Shown here: in pieces, positions 51,409 to 62,687 of the stretch
Layout of the letters: each line of letters opens with the position of its first letter
Numbering within the stretch: the stretch's first letter is position 1
NCBI GenBank assembly: GCA_963811105.1
Contig: CAWEPZ010000011.1
Span: 896,001 to 960,000, forward strand
DNA from: Candidatus Bathyarchaeota archaeon
GTDB lineage: Archaea; Thermoproteota; Bathyarchaeia; Bathyarchaeales; Bathycorpusculaceae
Reading direction: 5' to 3'
Length of the DNA: 64,000 bases
Notes under the pieces: generated by a model
Told to the model about the DNA's origin: nothing
What the model saw: only the letters and a program-made list of their open reading frames with translations
Databases searched by the model: none
Program-made: the position numbers and the translations under genes

Positions 51409-54400
51409 TTAAGGATGCAATTCTACAGAGTATTTGTCATAAAACTCAAGAATAAGCCTTAGAGTTTTAAATTCACCGTTTTTTTCAATATCTCTTCGTT
51501 TAATAATGGAAAACGTTTCCATGACATATTTTACTTCTTCCCGTGATAATCCATATAACACGAAATAAATCGCGTCCAATTCGCATTGAATTATTAACCG
51601 GTGTGAATCATCCCATTTGATTGGGGGTTGGGGGTTGTTCTCTTCTTTTACGTATCTGACGTCAAGGGCCAATCCCCTAAGGTCCCATGCTGAATAAACC
51701 AATTCTAAGACTCGATTTGCAACTAAGTTTAACAGACTAGTATCATATTGTTGCGGAGATAAGATTGGAAGTTGCTTAAGTATAGAATAGGTCAAATGAC
51801 ACCCCCCAATTTTCTGACGCGCTAAATAGTCAAAAACAAACGAGTTAACATTAGCCAAGAAGGCAAGTATTTGAATGGATGAAATATTTTCGAAAAAAAC
51901 CAAAGGCATTTGATGCCCAACTCCGGCAAAAGGAATTATAGAAAAAATGGCTGTACGTTCATTACCAACATTTGTTACATCTCGAAAACCTAGAAGCCAA
52001 GGCTTTTCAGGTAAACGAAGCAATACATCTTTCATATTCACCCAAAATCTAGGCATTGGATAAAAAAATGGGTCTTTCAGTTGTTCAATCTCAGATGAAA
52101 TTACGCCAGATCGTCCTGGAATTATTTTCATGTTGTCGTCCACAGAACTGGCTCGATGGTTAAAAATCCAGATCATTTTTCCCTCATATAACGGCAAGTA
52201 CGTTACTTCGTCTTTCTTGTATGTGTTTCCTTCAAGAACAAACCCCTCGCTCTGAAGTTTCGATGAGGTATTAAATAGATTTGAATCGGTCGCCATATTA
52301 AAAAGACCTTGTTTGAAGCTAACATTCCAAGGGTTACAACAATGCTCATTTTTAAGTACCCCAATTCTCTGGTAAATTAATTTGTTAAGTTCTGCATCTT
52401 GCTTGCTTCTGAATATCGGACAAGTTTTTGTGTTTGGATTCAGCAGTAAAAAGTCCTTTACAGTCAAAGTAAATCTTCTTTCAGGGGCTGAAAGCTGATG
52501 AGGAGATGAAAGAAAGAACATAAAGTCCATTGGGCCTTCACAGGATTGACTTTGCATTGTAAGAAGACAAAACTTGTAACCTCTATGGACATCAGGAAAC
52601 AAGCCTTCCTTGTTTTCAAAATCAAAAAGAGATATCAAACCACCGGCTTGACCAAGATCAGCAAAAAAGTCCTTGTTAGTGTCATCAGTTGCGATGCCCG
52701 TTGGCAGGATCACGCCCGCTCTTCCTTTCTTCCCTAAAATACAGCGGCAATGCTCAGCAAAAACGGAATAGCTATTAGTTCGTCCTAGCCCTGTGAGAGG
52801 AAACCTGCCCGAGTTATGAAGGTATTTTCGTACTGAGTTCAATTTCCTGTTTTCTGATGTAAAAGATTCCCATAAATTAGGATTGGTTTTTTCCAGTTTT
52901 TTTATCTCGATTTTTCTGGCAGTACTTCCTATTTTGGCAATTTCTGGAAGGTGTTGTTCAAAGAACTCGATTTCTTTTAACTCGATTGTTTCCCAAGGTG
53001 GATTCCCCAGAACACAATCAAAACCGTTGTTGTTGCTATAAAACACATCTGGAAATTCAAGGTACCAATGGAAGAAATTGTTCGCTTTAGTCAGTTCACA
53101 AACGGTATCACGTGTTTTATTACCCATTGCAGCTATTCCTTTTGTCTGCAGGAGTCTTAAGGTGCCGTGAGTGGGTGGAAGAGGACTGACTTTTGTCAAA
53201 AGCCAGAAAAAGGCAGCTGTCCATGAATCGGCTATATCTCTCTGACTCTTAAATTCGGAAGAAAACATCAATTCGAAATATTTTTTCTTTTTCTCCTCTA
53301 CATCCTGACTTTCTTTTTCCGCAAATTCGTCTAGCAAAGCAAACTCTCTAATATTGTTCAATGGCTTATCTAGCGAGTATTCTGCAAGTAGTCGGTCCCT
53401 ACGCTGCATAGAATTTTGTATTTTAATTTTTTTAGAATACTCTTTATCATCCATTTCTATAGGCGTAAAGGCTACATCTGGGATACCCATCTTAAGCAAA
53501 TCAGGTGTTGAACCAATTAGTGAATTTCCAGATTTAATATGGTGATCTAAAAAATTTAATGGCATATCTTCAACGCAGGAATTAATCCATAGAGAGACTT
53601 TTGCCAGCTCAGTAGCCATAGGGTTCAAATCAACGCCGTAAATACAGTGTTGCAAGACATCCCTGGTGGCTCTCTTAACTTCTTTATCTGAAGGCTCGGG
53701 TTGATTGGTTCGAAGTTTAGATAGCTCTTTTCCCAAGAAATTATTTGCAGCTATTAGGAAGGCTCCGCTGCCGCAGGCGGGGTCGCATATTTTTATGGAA
53801 AGTAGAGCTTTTTCTTTTTCGTTAGTTTTTGAGACTCTGTCTTCAAAAACTGGCTTTAATGCACTTTTTATCAATTCATCAATCAGACGCGGATTAGTGT
53901 AGTAACTTCCACTTGTTTTCCTAGCCGCACCCCGAGGATCTAAAACAAAAGCATTAGCCGGAATTTTTTGCCCCTCGATTTCTTGTTCGGTAGCAAAAAT
54001 CTTTGGAGAATAGTCAAGCAGGCTCTCGTAAATAGAACCTATTTCGCTGACGCCCAAATCTAAGTAGTTAATTCGTTTTAGGACTCTCTCTTCTTCAATT
54101 AAGGTCAAATTCCTAACTGCTTCAAGGATATCTTCATTCTTGCATGAGAGTTCTGTTAGTATTTGAAGTTCAGAATCGTCGAAGAGACTACCGTTATATC
54201 CGAAGACTTTGAGGGGTGGGCAGCCTTTCTTTAGCATGCGGAAGGTTACTTTCAGCCCCTCCCAAAGGTCAAGGTGATCGTCTTTTCCGTGCCTTATTTC
54301 AGCTATTTCACGTAGTCCGAGTTATGCTGTATTCTTCAATGTAGAGTGAGCCTTTTGTTGGTAACATAGCTCGTTGTTCTGCAAACAATAGGAAGAGTAA

Positions 54401-55342
54401 GCGGTAGACTACTCTTAGTAGTTCAGTGTAATAGGCTTTGCAGAACTCGTCATCCTCAATCATTTTTTTGGTTAGCTCGGGTGTTAAGAAACCGTTGCCT
54501 AATGCTTCAATGGCTTTCTTCACGTTTTGCCGTAGGTTCTCACCAACAGTTACTCCTGCGGCTACACTTTCTTTGTAGAATTGCTCCAGTGGACTGACAC
54601 CATCTTTGTCGGGAAGGAATCTGCTAGCATGTGCCATTCGGTATAGAGCTCGGAAATCGGTGAAGCTTCTTTCGCGGAAAATGTTTTCTAGGTCAAATTC
54701 GACAAAGCCTTTGGTTGTTGTGTGATAGTATTCACGGAGTATTCGGAGCAATATTCCGTTAGTTACAATTCCCCACTTTGAACCTTTGGTGACGTTAAGA
54801 TATGTTTGCATTTCGTCATGTGGACTGCGGGTTCTCCCTCGCCTGACCACTTCCCCTTCGCCGCCATCTCCAGCCTCCTCTAAATCTTGGGAAGGAGCAA
54901 CCATATGCACCATCGGCGCTGAAGCGCTAATCCAGCCTCTGTGAGAGAGCCTAAACCTAAGCTTATCATCGCCATCCACAATGACATCTTCTTTGTTAAA
55001 GCCCGGGTCAAAACCTAACTCCTTGAAAAGGGGAAGCATCCATTTGGTTCTTGCCTCAGAAACAGTCATCTTTTGATAACGAATCGATAGGGCATCCCAA
55101 CGTTCAAGAAGCGCCTTAAACGAGCTATCAATTTGCCTATCAAGCTCTCGTTTGTCCTTTGGCGGTGTCGGCTCGTTGAGGGTAGCAAAGCATTGGGGTT
55201 CAACCCTTGGGTTTTTGGCATTGTCACCGCGAATAGTTTCTAAAAACTCAGAGGTGATGATGCCGCCGTGCGCTGACATGTTAGATAGAGGGTTTTTTCG
55301 CAGCTCAGTTGCCTCCCAAAGAAGGATAGTAAACAGTAACAC
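51409..55342 (-). CDS. Type IIG/Eco57I-like N6-adenine DNA methyltransferase (DrmMI-like); 1-nt frameshift near 54315
   Basis: YNGSLF, IGSIYESLL, RKTSGSYYT, DPACGSGAFL, YGVDLN, FHWYLEFP and FDCVLGNPPW. The N-terminal ORF joins via SITRLREIAE. Confidence 0.9.
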
Positions 55343-58184
55343 AAAGCAAATCTACCGATGCAACTAATAAGTCGTCTATGCCTTGGAGCCACTTCTGCTC
55401 GCCCTGGTTCTGTAGACTCTTTTTTACGGCAGCTCTCTCAACAGCAAGTTCAGCGCAGCGTTCTTGTGCTCTAAGCTTCAAAGCATTTTCCAGATCATCC
55501 TTGGAAATAGCTGATGTTAAGTCCTCACGCATCTCAACCGCCGTTCTGCCGTTAACCATTGGGGTGGAATGGGAAAACGCTTCTATCTCAGCTTGAGACA
55601 ATTTACCGTCACTGTGTACCTCAAAGCCAACTTTCAAAAGCTCCTCAACAATGGAAACTGGCTGAGTGTGGACTGCATACCTTGCAAGGAAGGTGTAGAC
55701 TGCAGAGACTTTAGTGGCTGTTTTTGTTGCTATGCAAGCAGTGCGTCCATATACATCTGATTCTTTTGGCGAAAAGGTAAGTTGTTTGACAAGTTCTATC
55801 AAATTTCGCACTATCTTGTGTCCTAAGTCAATGACTTCCAGCTCAGGATCATCTCTCCCCCTCAACGGATCGAAGGTTGCTCTTGGCAGCACACTCTTCT
55901 CTATTCCCTGCGAAAGGCGATTATCTAGAATCTCAATTCGGAAAGTACCGTCTACATTGGAGGTTACCCGGCAGCCAAACCTATTCAATCCGCTTTTCAC
56001 GAAGTCTTGAATCTTCTCTCTGCTTCCAATTAGATTCTCGGTTTCACTTAGTCTTTTTTGGACTTCAGCTAAATCAATGCGTGATTGCCCATAGAAATTG
56101 TCATTCCTCATTCGTTGAATCGATTCATCAGAGAATGGGTTAACGATTTGCTCAGGCTCAGGAGAGAGGTCTTTGAGGAAAACATCCATGCTTGTCTGCC
56201 CAATTGGTACATCCAACCCTTGCTCTCTGATAAGGTCTAGAACAGAGAGGTCGTCTCCAAAAAATGGTGGCGAGAAACCGAAATCCCTCCGGATTTGAAA
56301 CGCTTTCTTAACTAAGACTTTTAGAATCGCAGCTTCTAGGGTATCATTGACCACCATTGTTCTTATAAAAACGGTTTCTTTAGGTTGTCCGTACCGGTCA
56401 ACGCGTCCATTTCGTTGTTCAAGTCTATTGGGGTTCCAGGGTAACTCATAGTGGATTATTTGAGAAGCTACATATTGAAGGTTGATTCCTTCCGAAATGC
56501 AATCTGTCGCAACTAAAATCGCTTTGGTGGAGTTTTCGAATTCTTTGAATCTGTCTTCTCTCTGAGCTTCATTCATAGAGCCATCAAGGGTTACAATTTT
56601 GGCTTCTTTGAAGTTTCTGTGCTCGGGGATGTTTTTTGCAAGATACTCCAATGTATCTTTATATCTTGTAAAGATAATGACTTTAGGAATTCTTCTTTGC
56701 ATCTCGTTTAGAGTGTTATCGAGTAACATGTTTAGTTTAGCGTCCCTTAAGGCAGTAACTTTTTGTGCTTCCGAAAGGGTTTGTTCCAAGAGTTCTTTTT
56801 CTTTAAGTGTTGAGTCTTTGTCTCCAAATAGGTGGCGGTCCATCCTCGAATCTGTTTCTTCGTCATCTATACGTTCACCAGTGTCATTATCCAAAACTGA
56901 AGCTCGTGCTTCTTCTTCAGTCACTGAAGTCTCTTCGATTTGGGCTTCCTGAGCGGCTATCTTCTTATCAATTGTCTTCAAACGATTTTTTAATGAACAT
57001 ACAAGAGCATAGGGTGAACTCAAAGCTCGCTTATGTAAGTGTGTTACCGTCCACTTGGCAATCCTCATTCTGTAGGTTCGTTCACCGCCAGCTGTCGCAA
57101 GGATATGCCGTCCAAGCTGTTCGACTTCGGTCATAACTTTGGTTTCTAAGGGAGATAGCCGAATGTAAACTTCAAGAGCATCTCGTTGAGGAAATGGGCT
57201 TTTTTCACCAGTTTGGCTCATTTCAGTTTCAACATCTGAGCGTCGTCGCTGACAAACATACAATTTGGCAACCTCCCGATTAATTACGGGGTCGCTATCT
57301 GAACCAGTAACTGCGCCAACATCTAACGTTTTTAGCAAGCTGGCAAAGGTATCAGTGTAGCCATTATGTGGTGTTGCCGTCAACATAATCAGATGGTGCG
57401 TCCTTTTCGAAAGATCACGCAAAAGCTCCCAACGGTCCATCTCCACTTTTTGCCGAGCGTCGGATTGATGTGGTTTAGCCATGTTGTGAGCTTCATCGAC
57501 CAAAATTATGTCCCATTTCTGCTCCAGAACTTGAGCCTTCACTTCAGCCATCTTAGCATAATCCATCGATGCAATTAGGTAGGGATAGTACTCCCATGGA
57601 TTAGAGCCTGGAGGAAGCCTTCTTTCAAGCTTCCTGCGATGCGAGGAAGAGATAATCTCAGCGTCTATGTGAAAGAAGTAATCCAATGCATCCTTCCATT
57701 GTTCTCTCAACATTGCAGGACAAATAACCAGCAGCCGAGAAGCTCTTTGTCTAGAAAACAATTCAGTAACCGTTAAGCCAGCTTCAATCGTTTTACCTAA
57801 GCCAACATCGTCCGCAATTAGCATACGAACTCGCGGCATATCCAAAGACATGACAACTGGAACCATCTGAAAAGCTACCGGAACAACTCGGCTTCGCTGA
57901 AGACTAAGCAGCGGGGCAGCACCATGAATCATGCTGAGACGAAAAGCACTCAAAAGCAAATCTTGCGCAGAGTAATTACCAACAACATCGCTTGAAGGCG
58001 GTTCAATCTTGCCAGGGCGGACTTTTTCAAACGGCAGATAGAACTTTCGACGCTCCACAGGCGCGCCATCGATACTCGTTGCAACGAGAACATCGCCTTG
58101 TAAATCGTCTACTCGCCAGAGCCTTGATCGCAACTCAACAATAGAGCCCAAAGGAAAATCTGATTGTACGGCTTCAAAGGACAT
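55305..58184 (-). CDS. SNF2-family helicase (DrmD-like)
   Basis: LIADDVGLGKTIEAG, VDEAHN, LTATPH, TDCISEGINLQ and PWNPNRLEQRNGRVDRYGQ. Confidence 0.92.
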   Translation of the reverse strand: MSFEAVQSDFPLGSIVELRSRLWRVDDLQGDVLVATSIDGAPVERRKFYLPFEKVRPGKIEPPSSDVVGNYSAQDLLLSAFRLSMIHGAAPLLSLQRSRVVPVAFQMVPVVMSLDMPRVRMLIADDVGLGKTIEAGLTVTELFSRQRASRLLVICPAMLREQWKDALDYFFHIDAEIISSSHRRKLERRLPPGSNPWEYYPYLIASMDYAKMAEVKAQVLEQKWDIILVDEAHNMAKPHQSDARQKVEMDRWELLRDLSKRTHHLIMLTATPHNGYTDTFASLLKTLDVGAVTGSDSDPVINREVAKLYVCQRRRSDVETEMSQTGEKSPFPQRDALEVYIRLSPLETKVMTEVEQLGRHILATAGGERTYRMRIAKWTVTHLHKRALSSPYALVCSLKNRLKTIDKKIAAQEAQIEETSVTEEEARASVLDNDTGERIDDEETDSRMDRHLFGDKDSTLKEKELLEQTLSEAQKVTALRDAKLNMLLDNTLNEMQRRIPKVIIFTRYKDTLEYLAKNIPEHRNFKEAKIVTLDGSMNEAQREDRFKEFENSTKAILVATDCISEGINLQYVASQIIHYELPWNPNRLEQRNGRVDRYGQPKETVFIRTMVVNDTLEAAILKVLVKKAFQIRRDFGFSPPFFGDDLSVLDLIREQGLDVPIGQTSMDVFLKDLSPEPEQIVNPFSDESIQRMRNDNFYGQSRIDLAEVQKRLSETENLIGSREKIQDFVKSGLNRFGCRVTSNVDGTFRIEILDNRLSQGIEKSVLPRATFDPLRGRDDPELEVIDLGHKIVRNLIELVKQLTFSPKESDVYGRTACIATKTATKVSAVYTFLARYAVHTQPVSIVEELLKVGFEVHSDGKLSQAEIEAFSHSTPMVNGRTAVEMREDLTSAISKDDLENALKLRAQERCAELAVERAAVKKSLQNQGEQKWLQGIDDLLVASVDLLCVTVYYPSLGGN

Positions 58185-58558
58185 GAATCAAAGCCTCCAA
58201 ACTGTAACAACTTTCCGATCAAGGTTAGTTCCAACGATTTTTCCATTCATACCAAATCTGTCTCATTGCCGTTTGATAGAAACATTATGTAAACTGACTT
58301 AGCATAAAACACTTATCATATTTTTCAACAAGGACTGACTGAAAAATGTAACCCGGTTAAGCCAAAAAGATAGAATTAACCAATAACTGGAAGAACAACA
58401 GTTGCAAACCGGCGTGTTGTTGTTCTTTCAACTTAGCCGCAATAAGAAGAAGGTTGATGCACTAGCGCTTCTTGTTCTATCAATCAGCTGATGGCAAAAT
58501 AGTCTTTAAGTCAAAAGAAGAAAAAAGCCGCTTCTGGAGAAAACTGATTTTTTCTTCT

Positions 58559-59548
58559 CTAAAGACTGAAAGCCTTTTGGAGATGCCCTTCTCTGTTGTA
58601 TCCAACTGTTTTTTCGTTGAAGTATTTGGTGAAAACTTCTTTTTCTATATTGGCAATTCCTTTGTTTTCTATGTAACGATAAATTTCTTCCCAAGTAGAC
58701 CTAAGAAAAGTCCTTTTCGAGCTTTCTTTGATATGCTTTTTAAAAACTGATTCTATGGTTGTCTCTTTTTCTTGGGGAACCAGATTAACTAGATAAAAGT
58801 CTGTAAGTAAACGGTCGGCTATTTTTGACCCCAGCAACCAAAATCTGAGCAACTCATACTTTCTTTCGGTAACTGCAATTTGGTCGAATTTTGACTGGAA
58901 AACCTTGCGGTACCAGCCTTGGCAGCCATTTTCATACTTTTGCTTTACTGCTGGATTTTTTGAGATAGGAACTGTATTGTTGCTGGCGTTTAGTTTTGCC
59001 TCTATCAAAAACAAGGTATTATTGGATTTGACGATTAGGTCTGGTTCTGACCCTTTGGTTGGGTTAAGTTCAAACTCTTCGCGGACTTGTTGGAGAGGAC
59101 TCCAGCAGCCTCTTCTAGCTTGCGATTGGGAATAAGACCAGTAGATAATCTCACAATCATCAATTGGAGAACCAATTAGACTTGATAGAAAACCGCTTAG
59201 TAATTTTTGTTTCTCAAGGTGCCTAAAGACATTCCAAGTGACGGCGTCCTCGCTATTATCTCTCGCAATCCTTTCTGTTTCACGCTTAACGCCAAAAATG
59301 CCGTTAAAGAGCAAATCTTGATCTACCTCATCTTTCCATAGAAGGTTTTCTGACATGTTCTGATACTCAAAGGTTGAAGGCGAGACGAAAATCCGGTGTT
59401 CTGGACATTTGAATTCTTCTAAACGTTTGAAAACCTTCCTTTGACGGGGAATAAAGTGGTTACAGCCATTGACTGGACATTCCACAGTTGCGTCATTAAC
59501 GGTAATAGCATTCTTCAGGTCTGATAGGCCGTACATTCGAATCAACAT
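58559..59548 (-). CDS. Putative restriction-endonuclease-fold protein with N-terminal Zn motif
   Basis: CPVNGC..CPEH, NSEDAVTWNVF and SEPDLIV...LIEAKL (PD-ExK). Confidence 0.68.
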   Translation of the reverse strand: MLIRMYGLSDLKNAITVNDATVECPVNGCNHFIPRQRKVFKRLEEFKCPEHRIFVSPSTFEYQNMSENLLWKDEVDQDLLFNGIFGVKRETERIARDNSEDAVTWNVFRHLEKQKLLSGFLSSLIGSPIDDCEIIYWSYSQSQARRGCWSPLQQVREEFELNPTKGSEPDLIVKSNNTLFLIEAKLNASNNTVPISKNPAVKQKYENGCQGWYRKVFQSKFDQIAVTERKYELLRFWLLGSKIADRLLTDFYLVNLVPQEKETTIESVFKKHIKESSKRTFLRSTWEEIYRYIENKGIANIEKEVFTKYFNEKTVGYNREGHLQKAFSL

Positions 59549-59941
59549 CTTCTTAGCGCTCTATGCTTAAAAGATTTCAAAAAGAATTGAACGGAGCAAC
59601 AGTTTTCAATGGGAAATAGCTATCTTTTCCTTCACTTAGAAGCTATAATTGATTTCTTGATAGAAGAAAAAGAGTTGCTTCTGCAGGGAGCAGTTTTTTC
59701 TTCTTCTACGATTTGGGGTTTTTTCTTTTCATAGTCCATGGGCATTTTATTTCCAATAAAAAAAATTCCTGATTTTTCAACCATATCAATCACTATTTCA
59801 ACAAAACGTTATGCCATACACAATACATTATCACTTACGAGAACGATAAACAACACACACCCAGTCCTTAGTGTTATTCAATTTGGACATCCCGAAAAAG
59901 ATTAGCCTATCTCGTTGAAGACGCCAACTGAATTGTAAGGG

Positions 59942-60403
59942 TTATTCAACTCGGGACCGAGGATTTTCCTTTGATTTGTCGTCTGCTTGATTTAAGCCGA
60001 ATAGTGTTAAGTTGTCTTTTGACTCGTGTAGGAGAGATGAAACTTCGTTTACCAACTTTAAGACCCAGTTATAGCAATTATTCAGGAATTCTTTGTCGGG
60101 AGGTTTCTTTTTATAATCGGATTTTTCACGAAGACTGTCAAAATATTGAGGCTCTAATGGTATCTTTCCATGTTTTGTCACTGAATCAAGGGCTTGATCT
60201 TGCAGCGGCTTCATTTTTTCCTTCAATTCTCTTGGAAGAGTCGTCATAAAAGCAGTGAATTCAAGCAACGCTTCGTCGGGGTAAGCATAACAAGACTTAA
60301 GCCCATTTGCCATATTGCATATCGCTTCTAATTTCTTGAAAGCGTTGGAATAGAAAGTGTCACTAAAACTTAGTTTCTGAACGACTTTTGCATCATTAGC
60401 CAT
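59942..60403 (-). CDS. Hypothetical protein
   Basis: 153-aa ORF with ATG start; no motif recognised. Confidence 0.6.
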   Translation of the reverse strand: MANDAKVVQKLSFSDTFYSNAFKKLEAICNMANGLKSCYAYPDEALLEFTAFMTTLPRELKEKMKPLQDQALDSVTKHGKIPLEPQYFDSLREKSDYKKKPPDKEFLNNCYNWVLKLVNEVSSLLHESKDNLTLFGLNQADDKSKENPRSRVE

Positions 60404-60556
60404 TAGAGAATCAAGCTTTTTTGGATTAGAACTTGCAAGCCCAACAAAACTGACATTGTTCGGAAACTTTATGATCTGGAAATCAGGAACCTTTCTCTTT
60501 TCAACTTTCGCAAGCCATCGGTAGAACCTGGTTCTTACAGTGCCCGGATTCTCATC

Positions 60557-61473
60557 TTGGCTGGAGCATCTGAAGACAATTTATCGAAGGCGGGTAACAC
60601 CTGTGATAACAGTTACCATCCAAGCTCGGGTTTTAGTGTGGAAGAGCGAGTGCTAAAATTAATTGATGAAAGCGAAATTGAGCTTGCACCATACGAGATA
60701 GCTAAGAAAGCCCATGCTAAACGATCATCTGTTAGAGTTATTTTGCGGAAATTACTTGACCGAGGCCTGATTTTGCAGCCTTATCCTGGAACATACTGTA
60801 ACAAAATCACCTACGGGATGCGGTTCGTGCCGTTGTGCGTGCACAATGTTAGCTTGCGGTTTTTTGCTGGCACGGTGGCTCATTGGGAGAAGGATGAGTT
60901 TGTGGGTGGGGTGAAGATTCATGTTTGTTTCGGGCAGGAGCGGCGCAAGGTTAGCGGCTATATTGCCTGTGACGTCGGTGGTATGAGTCATGATGCTTGC
61001 CTTCTGGCCTTGAATCGCTGGTTTGACATCGTTGAGGCCAAGTTGGGACGGTCGGTTGTAGCTTTGGAGCTTCTTACGTTTGAGTGCAACAAGGACTACT
61101 ATGGTGTGCGAATTGACGGAGTTCAATGTGTCACCAAGAAGGATCTGTATGGTATGGTTGAAAGGGTTTACCAGAAAGAAGAAAACTTGGTGCGGAAAGA
61201 ATGGAGGTTTCTCAGCCGATGAGTGTTAACGCTTTTGAAGCTGCAATAAAGAAAGGCATCGGCGAGCATGACCGTATGCAGGCTTCTTTTGAGTTGAAAG
61301 AAGAAGTTAAACGTGTCTCTGAAGCCGTGAAGTTTGCTAACAGCCGATTGTATGAATTGGAGAAGCTGAATACTGCGATGTTTAGCGCACTCACTAAGCT
61401 GGTGGATTTCACTACTAACACTCAAGAAGCATCTAAAGATTCTGAGAAGGGAGGCGCCAGCTATGTCTCCTAG
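60557..61473 (+). CDS. Winged-HTH protein typical of archaeal mobile elements; frameshift near 61205
   Basis: LAPYEIAKKAHAKRSSVRVILRKLLDRGLI (HTH) and VHNVSL. ORF 61201-61473 continues it as a coiled-coil tail. Confidence 0.62.
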
Positions 61474-61862
61474 GCGGGACAACAGTAAAGCTTGAGCTTA
61501 ATTATGCGTGTAAAATGCATGTTAATAGCAGTAAAAACCTGTTCAAAAGCAATTTTAGGGCCATGGTCAGGGCATGGGAAAAGTCCATGCTTTTCAGAAG
61601 TCGCTTTTCTGTAGTTGGTCAGTCCTGATTACCCATTGATAGTTTTGCCACACATTGATGGAGATAAATTCTTGGAGTGAGCACTTTGAGATGAAACAGA
61701 GCAAAAACCATGTTCAAACCCAAAAAAGATAACGCTTTTTTACTTGGTTTTCTATCGGGTTGTCGTTATCTTGTTGTTCAGTTAAGGCCTAAAAGACTTC
61801 TACGAATTCATAGACCGACCGAAAATTTTCCTAAAAATTATCCTCACCGATTCAGCTCTTAA

Positions 61863-62687
61863 TTAAGCCAGAGAAACGGTATACGGTCTATACCTCATAT
61901 CGATAATAAGAAGTCTATTTTTCGTCATCCTTTTGATTTGTTCTCGCACATAATAATACTCCAAAGTTGTATCCTCAGAAATTCCCTTGAATGTGCTGTG
62001 CCCGCTGGCGACTGACTTCAATATTCGGTCTTCAGCCATTTTTTCTTCACAAAGCTTTGTCAATTCTTTTTCTATAGGCGATTTTATTTTGTATTTTGTT
62101 CTTAAGTCAATTAGATTTTGAACTAAGGCATCTTCCCAAAGTTTTCCTGAAATGTCTGACTGGTATCGGCACTCCTCTTTTACTACTTGCCAATCTATCC
62201 CAGATTCCACCAGAAGTCGCATGTCGTTCAAATCAGCTTCGCGCTCGGTAATTCCCTTAAATAGAAAGATGTCTTCTTTGGAGGCGATAGCCAGTTTGAT
62301 GTTTCCTTTTGAGTAAAATTCGATTGCCCTTTGAGACATGTTGGTCGAGAAAGTTAGTTTGTTGCAAATCCTTCCATAAAATATATCCCATCTAAAACCA
62401 TCTTTGTTTTGCATGATTTTTGATGTTTCCATCTTAGCATATTGGTGGGTAATCAGGTCAGCACCCAAAGTTTCGTATTTCATGCGGACCAAGGCATCGA
62501 TTAGAAGTTCAAGATCCTTAGTGCCTAAAACAAAGACGTCTATATCTTTTGTTGCATCTTTTAGACCATGCTGCATCATGGATAGACCGCCAATGATGAA
62601 AATCTTGGTGTGTTTCGTGATTGAAGTGGAGAGTCTTTCTATTTCAGATAGAATGTAGTCTCTATCAAAAGATGGTCTTTTTGTCAA
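61863..62687 (-). CDS. Nucleotidyltransferase, DUF6036/AbiEii-like, with C-terminal HTH
   Basis: IIGGLSM..HGLKDATKDIDV and IFLFKGITEREADLND. Confidence 0.8.
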   Translation of the reverse strand: MTKRPSFDRDYILSEIERLSTSITKHTKIFIIGGLSMMQHGLKDATKDIDVFVLGTKDLELLIDALVRMKYETLGADLITHQYAKMETSKIMQNKDGFRWDIFYGRICNKLTFSTNMSQRAIEFYSKGNIKLAIASKEDIFLFKGITEREADLNDMRLLVESGIDWQVVKEECRYQSDISGKLWEDALVQNLIDLRTKYKIKSPIEKELTKLCEEKMAEDRILKSVASGHSTFKGISEDTTLEYYYVREQIKRMTKNRLLIIDMRYRPYTVSLA

